From positions 64,001 through 105,825 of the forward strand of contig JBGARE010000037.1 of the NCBI GenBank assembly GCA_044230415.1: a stretch of DNA of 41,825 nucleotides, written 5' to 3'. The position numbers and the translations under genes were made by a program. How positions within the stretch are numbered: the stretch's first letter is position 1; each line of letters starts with the position of its first letter. The notes below the pieces were generated by a model. It worked only from the letters and a program-made list of their open reading frames with translations, ran no database searches and was not told the origin of the DNA. Below are positions 1 through 9,721 of this stretch, piece by piece. Source of the DNA: Kofleriaceae bacterium. GTDB taxonomy: Bacteria; Myxococcota_A; Polyangia; Haliangiales; Haliangiaceae.

Positions 1-1426
1 GCAGCATCGACTTCAGCTCGGGCTGATCGACCGGATAGAACAGCGGGATGTGGACCTCGGCGCGGCCCTGGCGCTTGAGATCGACCGGCAGGTTATCCGG
101 GCGCGCGGTCAGCAGCATCCAGATGATCTTGCCGCGATAGGCGGTGTCGCCCATCTGCGAGGCGATGAGCGCGAACACGCGACCACCGACGCCGCTGTCA
201 CCACCCGAGTCGCGATCACCGAGCATCGCGTCTGCTTCGTCGATGATCACGACGACCGGACCCATCGAGCGCAGCACGTTGAGCACGCGCTCGAGGTTGC
301 CTTCCGTCTCGCCGACGTACTTGCTGCGGAAGTTCTTCAGCACGACGGCCGGGATGCCGATCGATCCGGCGACGCACGTCGCGAGGAAGCTCTTGCCCGT
401 TCCGACCGGACCGCAGAACAGATAGCCCATCGGCACGGTGTCGAGCTCGCCGCGCTTGATCAGCTCGGCATCGTCGAGCAACCGCTTCTTCGCGGCTTCG
501 TGACCGACGACGGTATCGAGGCCCCACTTCGGCTCGACGAACTCGAGCAGGCCCTGCGCCTGGCGCTCGATCAAGCGCTTCTTCAGATCCTTGAAGTACA
601 CGCGGTCGAGGCGGCGATTTCCCTCGAGCGTCGACTGCACGAGGACCTCGAGGTCCGTGAGGCCGATGCCGGCGGTCAGCTTGCCGAGCTCCGCGACGCT
701 GTAGTCCGAGAACGTCGCGAGGTCCTTGCCGCTCGCTTTGATCTGCGCGTCGAGATACGCGGTGCGCTCGTCGGCGGCGGGGAGCGGCACTTCGATCGAC
801 GCGACGTGCGGATTTCCAGCGAGGCGATCGTTGATGCTCGACAGCCGCGGATCGATCAGCACGAACGCCATGTTCAGGCGCTTCACGTACGGGCTCGACG
901 ACCAGTTGAGCAGCGTCACGAGGTGCGTCTGCTCGTTGAGATCGAGGTTGTCGCCGCTCGGCGCGACGTATCCGGCGTGGTCGATGATGATCGCGCAGCG
1001 GAGACGCTTCTCCGGATCGGCCATCACGTTCTTCTGCACGAACAGATCGATCGCGAGCAGTCCCTTCGTCGGATCGCGGGGCAGGGCGCGTAGATCGCCG
1101 AGCCACTTGTTCGCGGTCTCGACCATCTCTTGAAGCCGCTTGCTGTTCGAGCCGGCGCTGCAGCGAAGGCCGCCCGCGAGGTCGTACTTGATCACGAGGT
1201 CCCAGCGGCCGAACAGCTGCTCGGAGAGAAACTCGGTCAGGCCCGTCCACCGATCCGGTGCGGAGCGGACGACATCGAACGTGTTGCCATGCACGATGAA
1301 CATCGAGGTCGTGCCGGAGAAGTACAGCTCGGCGAGCTTGCCGGCCCACGCAGGAAAGTGCGGCGGCAGCGCGGTCGCCTTCGTCACGCCATCGGAACCC
1401 GCCAACGTCTTCTTGTCGTCGCTCAT
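1..1426 (-). CDS. Classic-clade AAA+ ATPase, partial (C-terminus lies beyond the window start). It has a ~290-aa N-terminal domain of unknown type, then Walker A GPVGTGKS, an SKYVGETEGNLERV motif, Walker B VVVIIDEAD and sensor-1-like LLTARPDNLP.
   Basis: I reverse-translated bases 1..1426 by hand. The reading frame is continuous from ATG (1426..1424), which overlaps the upstream gene's stop as ATGA. AAA motif order and spacing resemble the Vps4/FtsH/p97 clade, not the bEBP clade (no GAFTGA). The gene is absent from the ORF track because it runs off the window edge. Confidence 0.85.
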   Translation of the reverse strand, partial: MSDDKKTLAGSDGVTKATALPPHFPAWAGKLAELYFSGTTSMFIVHGNTFDVVRSAPDRWTGLTEFLSEQLFGRWDLVIKYDLAGGLRCSAGSNSKRLQEMVETANKWLGDLRALPRDPTKGLLAIDLFVQKNVMADPEKRLRCAIIIDHAGYVAPSGDNLDLNEQTHLVTLLNWSSSPYVKRLNMAFVLIDPRLSSINDRLAGNPHVASIEVPLPAADERTAYLDAQIKASGKDLATFSDYSVAELGKLTAGIGLTDLEVLVQSTLEGNRRLDRVYFKDLKKRLIERQAQGLLEFVEPKWGLDTVVGHEAAKKRLLDDAELIKRGELDTVPMGYLFCGPVGTGKSFLATCVAGSIGIPAVVLKNFRSKYVGETEGNLERVLNVLRSMGPVVVIIDEADAMLGDRDSGGDSGVGGRVFALIASQMGDTAYRGKIIWMLLTARPDNLPVDLKRQGRAEVHIPLFYPVDQPELKSML

Positions 1427-2373
1427 TTGCGCTGGCCTTCCACGGCGCGCGGTGCGGTCAGATCGGCGTCGAGGATCGACGGCGTGGTGTCCGCGTCGCT
1501 GACGCCCGTGATCTGTTGCAGCTCGCGAATCGTTGCTTCCGTCTGCGAGATGCCTTCGCTGATCGCGTCGATGCGATGCGACATCTCGTCGGGATCCGTG
1601 TGTCCGACGGCCATCTCGGTGACCGCCTGGATCTTGTTCTCGAGGCGATCGAGCTCGGTCGCGATGAACTCGGCGTTCTGCCGCGCCTTCTCGACGTTCT
1701 CCTTGCGCGCTTCGGCCGTGGAGATGCTGTCGTCGAGAGAGCGAATGATGCGGTCGTCTGCTTGGTTCGCTTCGCCGACAGAGTCCGCGCGCTTCTTGCG
1801 GCGCACCTTGAGGTCGGCGACGGTCTTGTCGATCGCGCCTTCATCGGCCGCTTGCAGAAAGCGCGAGATCGCCTGCTCGCTGAGGAGCAAGCGCAAGAAC
1901 ACCCAGAGCAGACGGTCGAGCGCCGGCGTGCGCAGCTCGGTCGAGGCACCGCTCGCATCGCGCGTGTCACCACGGACGGCGTTCGCGATCCGCGACATCT
2001 CCACGCAGCGCGCGCGCAGGCGCAAGAAGCGCGAGCGGCGATCCTCGGTTAGCGACTTGAGGACATCGAGGATCTTGTCGCGGGCGTTGCCTTCGCCGTC
2101 GACGGCGTTGCGGGTGCCGCTGATCCGTCGCGCGCCGGGGCCTTCGCCAGCCTCGGAGCGCGCCTTCGCGTCGATCGCGGCTTGGAACCGTGGCAGCGTC
2201 GTGAGCCCCGCGAGGTACACGACCTCACCGGCCGCGACGAGCGGCAGCGCGATGTCCGCGTGTCCGGACACCACCGCGGCGGCGGCGGCACCGCCGAACA
2301 CGAGGAGGTTCCAGCGGAACATGAACGCTTCCTTCAGATAGCGAAGCAGTCCGGCTTTCTTCTTCTCTGCCAC
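1423..2373 (-). CDS. Hypothetical membrane protein: two N-terminal TM helices (LLVFGGAAAAAVVSG / LPLVAAGEVVYLAGLTTL) followed by a ~230-aa predicted helical/coiled-coil domain.
   Basis: ORF track 316 aa. Its stop overlaps the AAA+ start (ATGA). Its start (apparently GTG) lies 1-2 nt from the ABC ATPase stop. It has a hydrophobic N-terminus and a charged heptad-like C-terminal region; no recognisable family. Confidence 0.65.
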   Translation of the reverse strand: MAEKKKAGLLRYLKEAFMFRWNLLVFGGAAAAAVVSGHADIALPLVAAGEVVYLAGLTTLPRFQAAIDAKARSEAGEGPGARRISGTRNAVDGEGNARDKILDVLKSLTEDRRSRFLRLRARCVEMSRIANAVRGDTRDASGASTELRTPALDRLLWVFLRLLLSEQAISRFLQAADEGAIDKTVADLKVRRKKRADSVGEANQADDRIIRSLDDSISTAEARKENVEKARQNAEFIATELDRLENKIQAVTEMAVGHTDPDEMSHRIDAISEGISQTEATIRELQQITGVSDADTTPSILDADLTAPRAVEGQRK

Positions 2374-2374
2374 G

Positions 2375-3645
<1,271 letters not shown>

Positions 3646-3649
<4 letters not shown>

Positions 3650-4854
3650 AGATCCTTCCGCCACCGGAACGCCTCGCGCTGGAGGCCGCGAAGGAGGAAG
3701 TCGAGCGTGAACGCGACGAACGTGATCACGAACAGCAGCAGATAGATCTGCTCGTAGAGGCCAAGGCGCTGGCTCGTGTTGAGCATCGTGCCGAGCCCGT
3801 GCGGCGTGTTCACGATCTCGACGAGCATGATGTAGCCGAGCGCCAGCCCGAGGAGGAAGCGCAAGCTCGTGATGATGTCCGGCAACGCGAGCGGGATGAG
3901 CACCTTGCGCACGATCTGCCATCGCGACGCGCCCAAAGTCTGCGCTGTCTCGACGTATCTCTCGGGCACGATCGAGACCGCCTTGACCGTGTCGCTGAAC
4001 ACGAACGGAACGACCGCGAGGAAAATGAACATCCACTTCTGCTTCTCGCCGTCACCGAACAACAGCAGCGTGAGCGGGATCAGCGCGCCCATCGGGACCG
4101 AGCGCAAGAAGATGACGAGCGGCTCGAGCGCACTGCCGACACCGCGATTCGACCCCGCCAACACACCGACGGAGATGCCGATCAGCGCGGCGAGGCCGAT
4201 GCCCTTGAACACGCGGATCAGCGTGTCGATCAGCGAGTCGGTGAAGTCGCGATCGAGCAACTTGCCGAGCGCCCCGAACACCTCGCCCGGGCTCGGCAAC
4301 TTCGACGGCGACACGATGCGCGCGGTCGGGTCTTTGCCGTAGGTCAGGACGAACCACAACAGGAGCACGAACGCGATCAGTCCCGCGCCGAGCGCCGCGC
4401 GCACGAGCGGCGGCGGATCCGCGCGCAGCGTCTTCCACCACGGAGGTGCGGTGGGGAGCTTGTTCGGATCGTCGTCCTCGTCGATCGCCTCGGCTTTCGG
4501 CTCGGGCTTCTTCGGCTCGGGCTTCTTCGCCTCGGCTTTCGGCTCGGGCTTCGCGTCGACCTTCGGCGCGGGCTTCGCGTCGACCTTCGCCTCGGGCTTC
4601 GCCTCGGGCTTGGCCTCGGGGGACTTCGCCTCGGCTTTCGGCGTCGCCGGCGGAAGCTCGTCGGGAACCGATGCGGGCGCGGGCTTCGGCGGCGGTTCGC
4701 CCGAGAGCTCGGCTTCGAGCGCGGCGAGCGCTGCTGCTTCGGCCGCAGGATCACGCGGCGGCTTCGCGGGCGCAGCTTCCGCCTTCGGCGCATCCGCCTT
4801 CGGGGGCGCGTCCGTGGGAGCCTTCGGCGGCGGTGGATCCTTCGGTTCGGTCAC
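3646..4854 (-). CDS. ABC transporter permease (BPD_transp_1 / NitT-TauT type) with a ~150-aa low-complexity Pro/Ala/Lys/Glu-rich N-terminal cytoplasmic extension (PEAKPEAK repeats).
   Basis: ORF track 402 aa. Six predicted TM helices in the C-terminal 250 aa. The end resembles the conserved permease loop (TSQRLGLYEQIYLLLFVITFVAFTLDFLLRGLQ). The N-terminus has tandem KPEA/KVDA repeats. Confidence 0.85.
4490..4640. repeat. Tandem short-period nucleotide repeats (ggcttcg / cgggcttcg units) encoding the PEAKPEAK / KVDAKP low-complexity linker of the permease.
   Basis: Directly visible as reiterated 'ctcgggcttcttcg / cgggcttcgcgtcgaccttcg' blocks on the plus strand. Confidence 0.7.
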
Positions 4855-4860
4855 GTCTCG

Positions 4861-6609
4861 CTACTGGGCCTCTGCCGGAACGACCTTGACCTCGACGCGA
4901 CGGTTCTTGGCGTGGTTATCGGGATCCTTCGGATCGGCGGGCTTCGCCCAGCCATAGCCCGTCGCCGTGAACTGGTTCGGCGCCATCTTGAACTTGTTCA
5001 CGAGCGCTTCCTTCACCGCGTTCGCTCGGCGAGTCGACAGCTCCTTGACCAAGCTCTCGTCGGCGTTGCCCTTCATCGAGCCGTCGGTGTGACCCTCGAT
5101 CACGATGCGCGCGGCACCGAACTGACCCGCGAGCTTCGCGATCTCTTCGATCGTGTACTCGACGTTTCCGTCGTAGAACACTTCGCCCGAGCCGGCCTTC
5201 GCCGGGACCTTCTTGTAGACCTCGTAGCTGTTCGGGAAGAAGTTGATCGTCACCGTCTTCGTGAGCACGGCGCTCTCGACGTTGACCTCGTTGCTGCCCG
5301 CGGGCGTGAACTTGAACTCGTACTCGTTCTTGCTCTCCGCGTATTTCGGCTCGCTGCCGAGCTTCTTGATCACGGAGAAGTCCATGATCTTGTCGAACTC
5401 GGTCTTGTCGTTGACCGCGCGGATCGCCTTGTAGAGGACGAACGCCGTGTTGTACGTGCGCTCGAAGTTCGTCGGGTTCGACGCGACCATGAAGAAGTCG
5501 CGGTTCTCCGCGTAGTTCGTCCAGTGCGCGTCGGCGAGCATGCCCGAGCCCGTGCCGGGCGGCAGGCCGTAGAAGTTGTCCATCATCTTCGCGACTTCTT
5601 GCTTCTTCTGATCGTCCTTCGACAGCTCGTCGGTCGCGTCGAGGATGCCGCGCACGAGACCCTCGATGATCTCCGGGTTGTCACGTGCGAAGTCCGCGCG
5701 CGCGAACCACACATCGGCGATCAGCTTGTTCGCGGTCGCCGTCGACACGAGCATCTTGTTGCCCATGCCCGTCTTCGTCAGGTTGTAGATGTCCGGCGCC
5801 CACGAGACCACGCCGGCGATGTCCTTGTTCTGGTTGAACGCGGCGGCCGCTTGGAACGCGTCCTGCGTGAACTTCATCTTCACTTCGCTCGGCTGCACGC
5901 CGCCGTTGAGCAGCACGTTCAAGAGGAAGTAGTGCGACGGCGAGTTCTGCGCGAGCACCACGGTCTTGCCGCGGAGATCCGAGACGTCCTTGATCGAGTC
6001 GCGAACGACGATGCCGTCGCCGCCGTTCGACCAGTCGATCTGCTGATACACGCGCGGCATCGTGCGCGGATCGCGCTTGAGGCGCTCGATGATGAGCGGC
6101 AGCATGTCGACCGTCGCCCAGCCGATGTGCACCGAGCCGTTCGCGAACGAGTCGCCCATCGCGACCGGGTTGTCGATCAGCTTCAGCTTGACCTGGAACT
6201 CGCCGCCTTTGGCGTCCTTCCAGACCTTCTTCGGTTCCGCGCCACCGTTCGCCCAGATGATCGGCGCCCAGCCTGCCCACACGTTCACCGCGAACTGCAC
6301 GACGCGCGGCTTGCCGAGCTTCTCGTAGTCCGAGGTTCCGGGGACGGTCGGCAGCGTCGTCGACGGCTCGAACTTGTACTCGGTGACCGTGGTCGCCGGT
6401 GCGTTGGGATCCGGGTTCTCGGCGGTCGTGGCCGAGCCGTTCTTCTTCACGAGGTTCGGATCGATGTAGTCGCCGCTGCCGCTACCGGACTTTCCGTCGC
6501 CGGACTTCTTCGCGTTGCAGCGATAGAACGCGATGCCGCAGAGTCCGATGACGACTGCGATCACCGCGATGAAGAATGCAGGCTTTGGTTTTCCAGCTCC
6601 GTCCGCCAT
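4861..6609 (-). CDS. Membrane-anchored periplasmic substrate-binding protein (NMT1/SsuA/TauA-like, NitT/TauT family) fused to a C-terminal OmpA-like peptidoglycan-binding domain.
   Basis: ORF track 582 aa. N-terminal signal-anchor AFFIAVIAVVIGLCGIAF. The central ~330 aa are SBP-like (VVLAQNSPSHYFLLNVLL..., GVVSWAPDIY). The C-terminus reads RIVIEGHTDGS...TRRANAVKEALV...ATGYGWAKP...NRRVEVKVV, a canonical OmpA_C motif set. GC content is somewhat lower than in neighbouring genes. Confidence 0.85.
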   Translation of the reverse strand: MADGAGKPKPAFFIAVIAVVIGLCGIAFYRCNAKKSGDGKSGSGSGDYIDPNLVKKNGSATTAENPDPNAPATTVTEYKFEPSTTLPTVPGTSDYEKLGKPRVVQFAVNVWAGWAPIIWANGGAEPKKVWKDAKGGEFQVKLKLIDNPVAMGDSFANGSVHIGWATVDMLPLIIERLKRDPRTMPRVYQQIDWSNGGDGIVVRDSIKDVSDLRGKTVVLAQNSPSHYFLLNVLLNGGVQPSEVKMKFTQDAFQAAAAFNQNKDIAGVVSWAPDIYNLTKTGMGNKMLVSTATANKLIADVWFARADFARDNPEIIEGLVRGILDATDELSKDDQKKQEVAKMMDNFYGLPPGTGSGMLADAHWTNYAENRDFFMVASNPTNFERTYNTAFVLYKAIRAVNDKTEFDKIMDFSVIKKLGSEPKYAESKNEYEFKFTPAGSNEVNVESAVLTKTVTINFFPNSYEVYKKVPAKAGSGEVFYDGNVEYTIEEIAKLAGQFGAARIVIEGHTDGSMKGNADESLVKELSTRRANAVKEALVNKFKMAPNQFTATGYGWAKPADPKDPDNHAKNRRVEVKVVPAEAQ

Positions 6610-6612
6610 CGA

Positions 6613-7383
6613 TTACTCCGTCACCTTGGTGGGTTCTGCCTTCTGCGGAGCTTCCTCTGCAGGGCCGAGATCCTTCGCGGCCTGGACGACGGGGCTCGTC
6701 TCGGGCGCGCGCATGCCGAGCTCGACCTCGAGATCCTTGAGCGCGTCGTCGGCCATCGAAGCCTCCATCCGCTCCTCGGCTTTGATCTTGTCGATGCCTT
6801 CGTTCGACAGATCGCTCGCGACGCGGGCCTTGCCGCGGTTCGTGTCGATCTTGCGCTGGATGACATCCTCGAGCTGACCGAAGTCCGTCGTGACGTCCAT
6901 GTTGAAGCTCTGCGTGAGCTTCGCGACCTCGGCTTCCGCCTCGGACATCTTCAGCTCGGCGTCGTACTTCGAGATCTTGTCTTTGACCTCGACGAGCTTC
7001 TTGTTCGCGTACTGGATCTTCTTGAGGTTGTTCGTGTACGCGGCCTCGTGCATCGCGAGCTGCTGCTTGTTCTCTTCGAGCTGCGTCTTCGCCTTCGTCA
7101 GCTGCAGCGCGAACGAACCCGCGGTCTCGCGATCGCCGGACTTCAAGTACGCCTTGGCCTGCGCGGTCAGCTTGTTGACCTGGTTTTCGCCGTCCTTGAC
7201 CTGTCGAGACACACGCTCGACGAGGCCACGGTATTGCTCGAGGCCAACACGCCCCTCTTTCAGCTGTTCGACCGCTTGGTCGTACTCGTACTGCATCTGG
7301 GCGATCGGATCGGCCTCCCAGAAGAAGTTGGCGAGCTTGTTGAGCTGAGCCCTGATCGCACCAAAGAACTTTCCGAGAATCAT
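6613..7383 (-). CDS. pspA: PspA/IM30 (Vipp1) family protein, a bacterial ESCRT-III superfamily member.
   Basis: The start was chosen at MILGKFFGAIRAQLNKLANFFWEADPIAQMQYEYDQAVEQLKEGR (a typical PspA N-terminal amphipathic helix), 23 codons inside the track ORF. A GGAGG RBS sits ~8 nt upstream. It is long helical/coiled-coil throughout and ends 3 nt before the SBP gene start. Confidence 0.85.
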   Translation of the reverse strand: MILGKFFGAIRAQLNKLANFFWEADPIAQMQYEYDQAVEQLKEGRVGLEQYRGLVERVSRQVKDGENQVNKLTAQAKAYLKSGDRETAGSFALQLTKAKTQLEENKQQLAMHEAAYTNNLKKIQYANKKLVEVKDKISKYDAELKMSEAEAEVAKLTQSFNMDVTTDFGQLEDVIQRKIDTNRGKARVASDLSNEGIDKIKAEERMEASMADDALKDLEVELGMRAPETSPVVQAAKDLGPAEEAPQKAEPTKVTE

Positions 7384-7501
7384 CGCGAAGCCTCCGGCCC
7401 GCGCGCACGTGGGACGCGGGGGACCACAAGATAGGAGGGACCCAGACCCCACTCAAGCCACCTGGTCAAAAACTGCCCGGTGGCCGCGTACTTGATGAAA
7501 C

Positions 7502-7852
7502 TTAGCGAAACGGACCATCCGCGACGGGATCGGGGTTCACCCACGTGAAGCCCTGCAGATCGTTCCACGGCACGCTCTTCGGCTCGCGCACGTAGGTCTC
7601 GTGATAGCCGCACTCCGTACACACGTACGCTTCGAGCTGACCGACGAGCGGCAACGCCTTGCCGACGCCATCGACGCGGGTCGCCGTGCGCTGGATGCCG
7701 AGCGATCGCGACACCGCCTGGCGTGCCGCGTTGATGAACTGATGATCCTCGCGATCGTCGCGCGCCACGAGGACGTCGTTCGCGTCGACTTGGAACGCGA
7801 TGTGTCCGATGCGAAGGCTCTGGCACTTGGGACATTGCTTGGACCTCTTCAT
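7502..7852 (-). CDS. Small zinc-ribbon protein (CPKC...CTEC).
   Basis: ORF track 116 aa. It has two CxxC pairs ~70 aa apart and a divergent promoter region toward 7979. Confidence 0.55.
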   Translation of the reverse strand: MKRSKQCPKCQSLRIGHIAFQVDANDVLVARDDREDHQFINAARQAVSRSLGIQRTATRVDGVGKALPLVGQLEAYVCTECGYHETYVREPKSVPWNDLQGFTWVNPDPVADGPFR

Positions 7853-7978
7853 CGCGCGCGAGCGTAGCGCGCTACGACGTCACAGATGCATCACTCGTAA
7901 GCACGCGCCGACGGCGATCAACACCAACGTTTCACCCAAGGCGCCGCGCGTCTCTGTGTCGTGCGCTAGTCTACGAGC

Positions 7979-8749
7979 GTGCGTGAGGTCAGTCGCGGGC
8001 TCGGTGACGTCGGCAAGGCGCTCGATTTCCTGAAGGCGCGACCGCGGCTGTGGAAGTGGCTCGTGATGCCCGCGATCATCACGCTGCTCGTCCTCGCCGG
8101 TATCGTGCTCGGTGTCGTCGCGCTCGTCGATCCGCTCGTCGTGTGGGTCGCGGCGCACGTGCCGAGCTGGCTCGAGACGATCGTCAGCTGGATCCTGCGC
8201 ATCGTCGTGATCCTCGGCGTCGGCATGGCCGCGATGGTCGTGTTCGTCGGCGTCGCCGGCATGATCGCGGGCCCGTTCAACGAGATGCTGTCCGAAGCGG
8301 TCGAGGAGGAGATCACGGGGAAGCCCGGACCTCCATTCGCGCTCGGCGCGTTCGTTCGCGATGCGCTCGTCGGGATCGGGCACGCGCTGCGCCGGTTGGC
8401 GCTGAGCCTCGTGTGGCTCGTGCTGTTGTTCGTGCTCGGCTTCGTCCCGGTCGTGGGCACGATCGCCGCGTTCGTCCTCGGGCTGTACCTCGCGGCGGCG
8501 GGCTGCGCGTACGACTGCTACGACGCGGTGATGGCGCGGCGCGGGATGTCCTACGCGCAGAAGCAGGCGTTCCTCGCCGCGCATCGGCAGCGATCGATGG
8601 GACTCGGCGGTGCGGTCGCGGGGATGCTGCTCGTGCCGTTCGTGAACCTCGTCGCGCTCGGACTCGGCGCCACGGCGGCGACGCTCGCGCTCGTCCCGTC
8701 AGCGAATGGGCAGCATGACGACGCCGCCGGTCGACGCGGCGATCGGTAG
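7979..8749 (+). CDS. EI24/CysZ-like (DUF540) polytopic inner-membrane protein.
   Basis: ORF track 256 aa with 4-5 hydrophobic helices, and N-terminal LDFLKARPRLWKWLVMP and GPFNEMLSEAVEEEI motifs typical of the family. It was preferred over the antisense Arg/His-rich ORF 7880..8584. Confidence 0.6.
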   Translation: MREVSRGLGDVGKALDFLKARPRLWKWLVMPAIITLLVLAGIVLGVVALVDPLVVWVAAHVPSWLETIVSWILRIVVILGVGMAAMVVFVGVAGMIAGPFNEMLSEAVEEEITGKPGPPFALGAFVRDALVGIGHALRRLALSLVWLVLLFVLGFVPVVGTIAAFVLGLYLAAAGCAYDCYDAVMARRGMSYAQKQAFLAAHRQRSMGLGGAVAGMLLVPFVNLVALGLGATAATLALVPSANGQHDDAAGRRGDR

Positions 8750-9709
8750 CTCCGTCGTCGCGATCCACGTGTCGTTCGCGAGATCGAAGCGATAGCGACC
8801 GATGACGGGTGTCGACCGGTGCCCGGCGACGAACATCTCCTGCGAGCTCTCGGAGAACGTCAGCGCCGAGGGATTCGCGATCGTGTCGATCGGCGCGAGC
8901 TCGGACAGCGTGTTGTTCGCGTTGATCTGGAAGCGATACACCTTCGACGCATCGATGGCGGCGACGTAGAGCTGGCCCTGGCGCTGCGCCATGAAGTGAA
9001 GACCGGGCGCGCCGGTGGCCGTGGTCACGGGCAGCTCCGTTCCGGTCGCGACCTCGAACCGGCGGATCACGTTGCTCGCCGTCGACATGAACAGCGTGCT
9101 GCCGTTCGGCGAGATCGAGACGCCGCGACACGGACCATCGCCGAGCATGCCGTTCGGCGAGGCGGTGTTGCCGGCGAACGTGAACCGCGAGATGCCGGTC
9201 GACACGTTGCACGCGAACAGCTCGCCCGTCATCGGGTGGAGCACCATGTCGTGAACACCCGACGTGATGTTCGCGCCGGTGATGCGCCCGCTCGGCGTGA
9301 ATGCGCGCCCCGTCGGCGAGTACGCGAAGCGCGCGATCGAGCCGGCGACTCCATCAGCGGAGTTATTGCCGTGGCGCTCGCCGATGAAGATCTCCTGCGA
9401 CGACGCGCGATAGATCACCGCGACCGGATCGGCGACGAGCGTCCGCGAGATGCCCGTGATCGGTGTCGCGGCTCCGTTGTCGCTCCCGATCTCGAACGCG
9501 ACGAGCCCACCCCACGTCGCTGGATCGTTGTTCGCGGGACCCGGAGGGCTGACGGTGACGAGGAGAACGCCGCCGCTCACCGGCGCATCGAGCGGCGGGC
9601 CGTCGATGTCGGTGCCGTCGAACGGGGGCGCATCGGCGAGTGGCCGATTGCCGCCGTCGTCGCCGCAACCACCGACGGTGATCACGACGAGAGCGAGCAG
9701 CGCACGCAC
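8699..9709 (-). CDS. Secreted lipoprotein with a beta-propeller (lactonase/YbhE-like) fold.
   Basis: ORF track 336 aa. Lipobox LVVITVGGC. The repeated blade-like segments include GELFACNVSTG and GQLYVAAIDASKVYRF. It is the last gene of the HK-RR-OMP operon. Confidence 0.65.
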   Translation of the reverse strand: MRALLALVVITVGGCGDDGGNRPLADAPPFDGTDIDGPPLDAPVSGGVLLVTVSPPGPANNDPATWGGLVAFEIGSDNGAATPITGISRTLVADPVAVIYRASSQEIFIGERHGNNSADGVAGSIARFAYSPTGRAFTPSGRITGANITSGVHDMVLHPMTGELFACNVSTGISRFTFAGNTASPNGMLGDGPCRGVSISPNGSTLFMSTASNVIRRFEVATGTELPVTTATGAPGLHFMAQRQGQLYVAAIDASKVYRFQINANNTLSELAPIDTIANPSALTFSESSQEMFVAGHRSTPVIGRYRFDLANDTWIATTELPIAASTGGVVMLPIR

Positions 9710-9721
9710 GCGGTCAGCGTA

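Noticed and set aside
216-1349. Long Arg-rich minus-strand ORF (377 aa) overlapping the AAA+ ATPase region. Similar R/A/P-rich ORFs occur at 3799..7434, 15462..17147, 16007..17887, 18296..19759, 24285..25850 and 35200..36987.
   Set aside because: These are typical antisense or off-frame open frames in ~70% GC DNA. They have no motifs and a biased Arg/Ala/Pro composition, and each overlaps a well-supported gene with clear domain signatures.
3650-4036. 5' extension of the ABC ATPase ORF (track 2375..4036).
   Set aside because: The extension runs through the permease gene on the same strand in another frame. The conserved NBD plus its disordered tail begin at MSHDPK (3649), which overlaps the permease stop.
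7384-7501. Sigma-54 (PspF-type) promoter upstream of pspA.
   Set aside because: No convincing TGGCAC-N5-TTGC match in the 118-bp upstream region. Only a weak TTGACC/TATCTT sigma-70-like pair with poor spacing. Left unannotated.
7880-8584. Minus-strand ORF (234 aa) opposite the EI24/CysZ-like gene.
   Set aside because: Its His/Arg/Asp-rich low-complexity sequence has no TM or domain features. The plus-strand frame encodes a coherent polytopic membrane protein.
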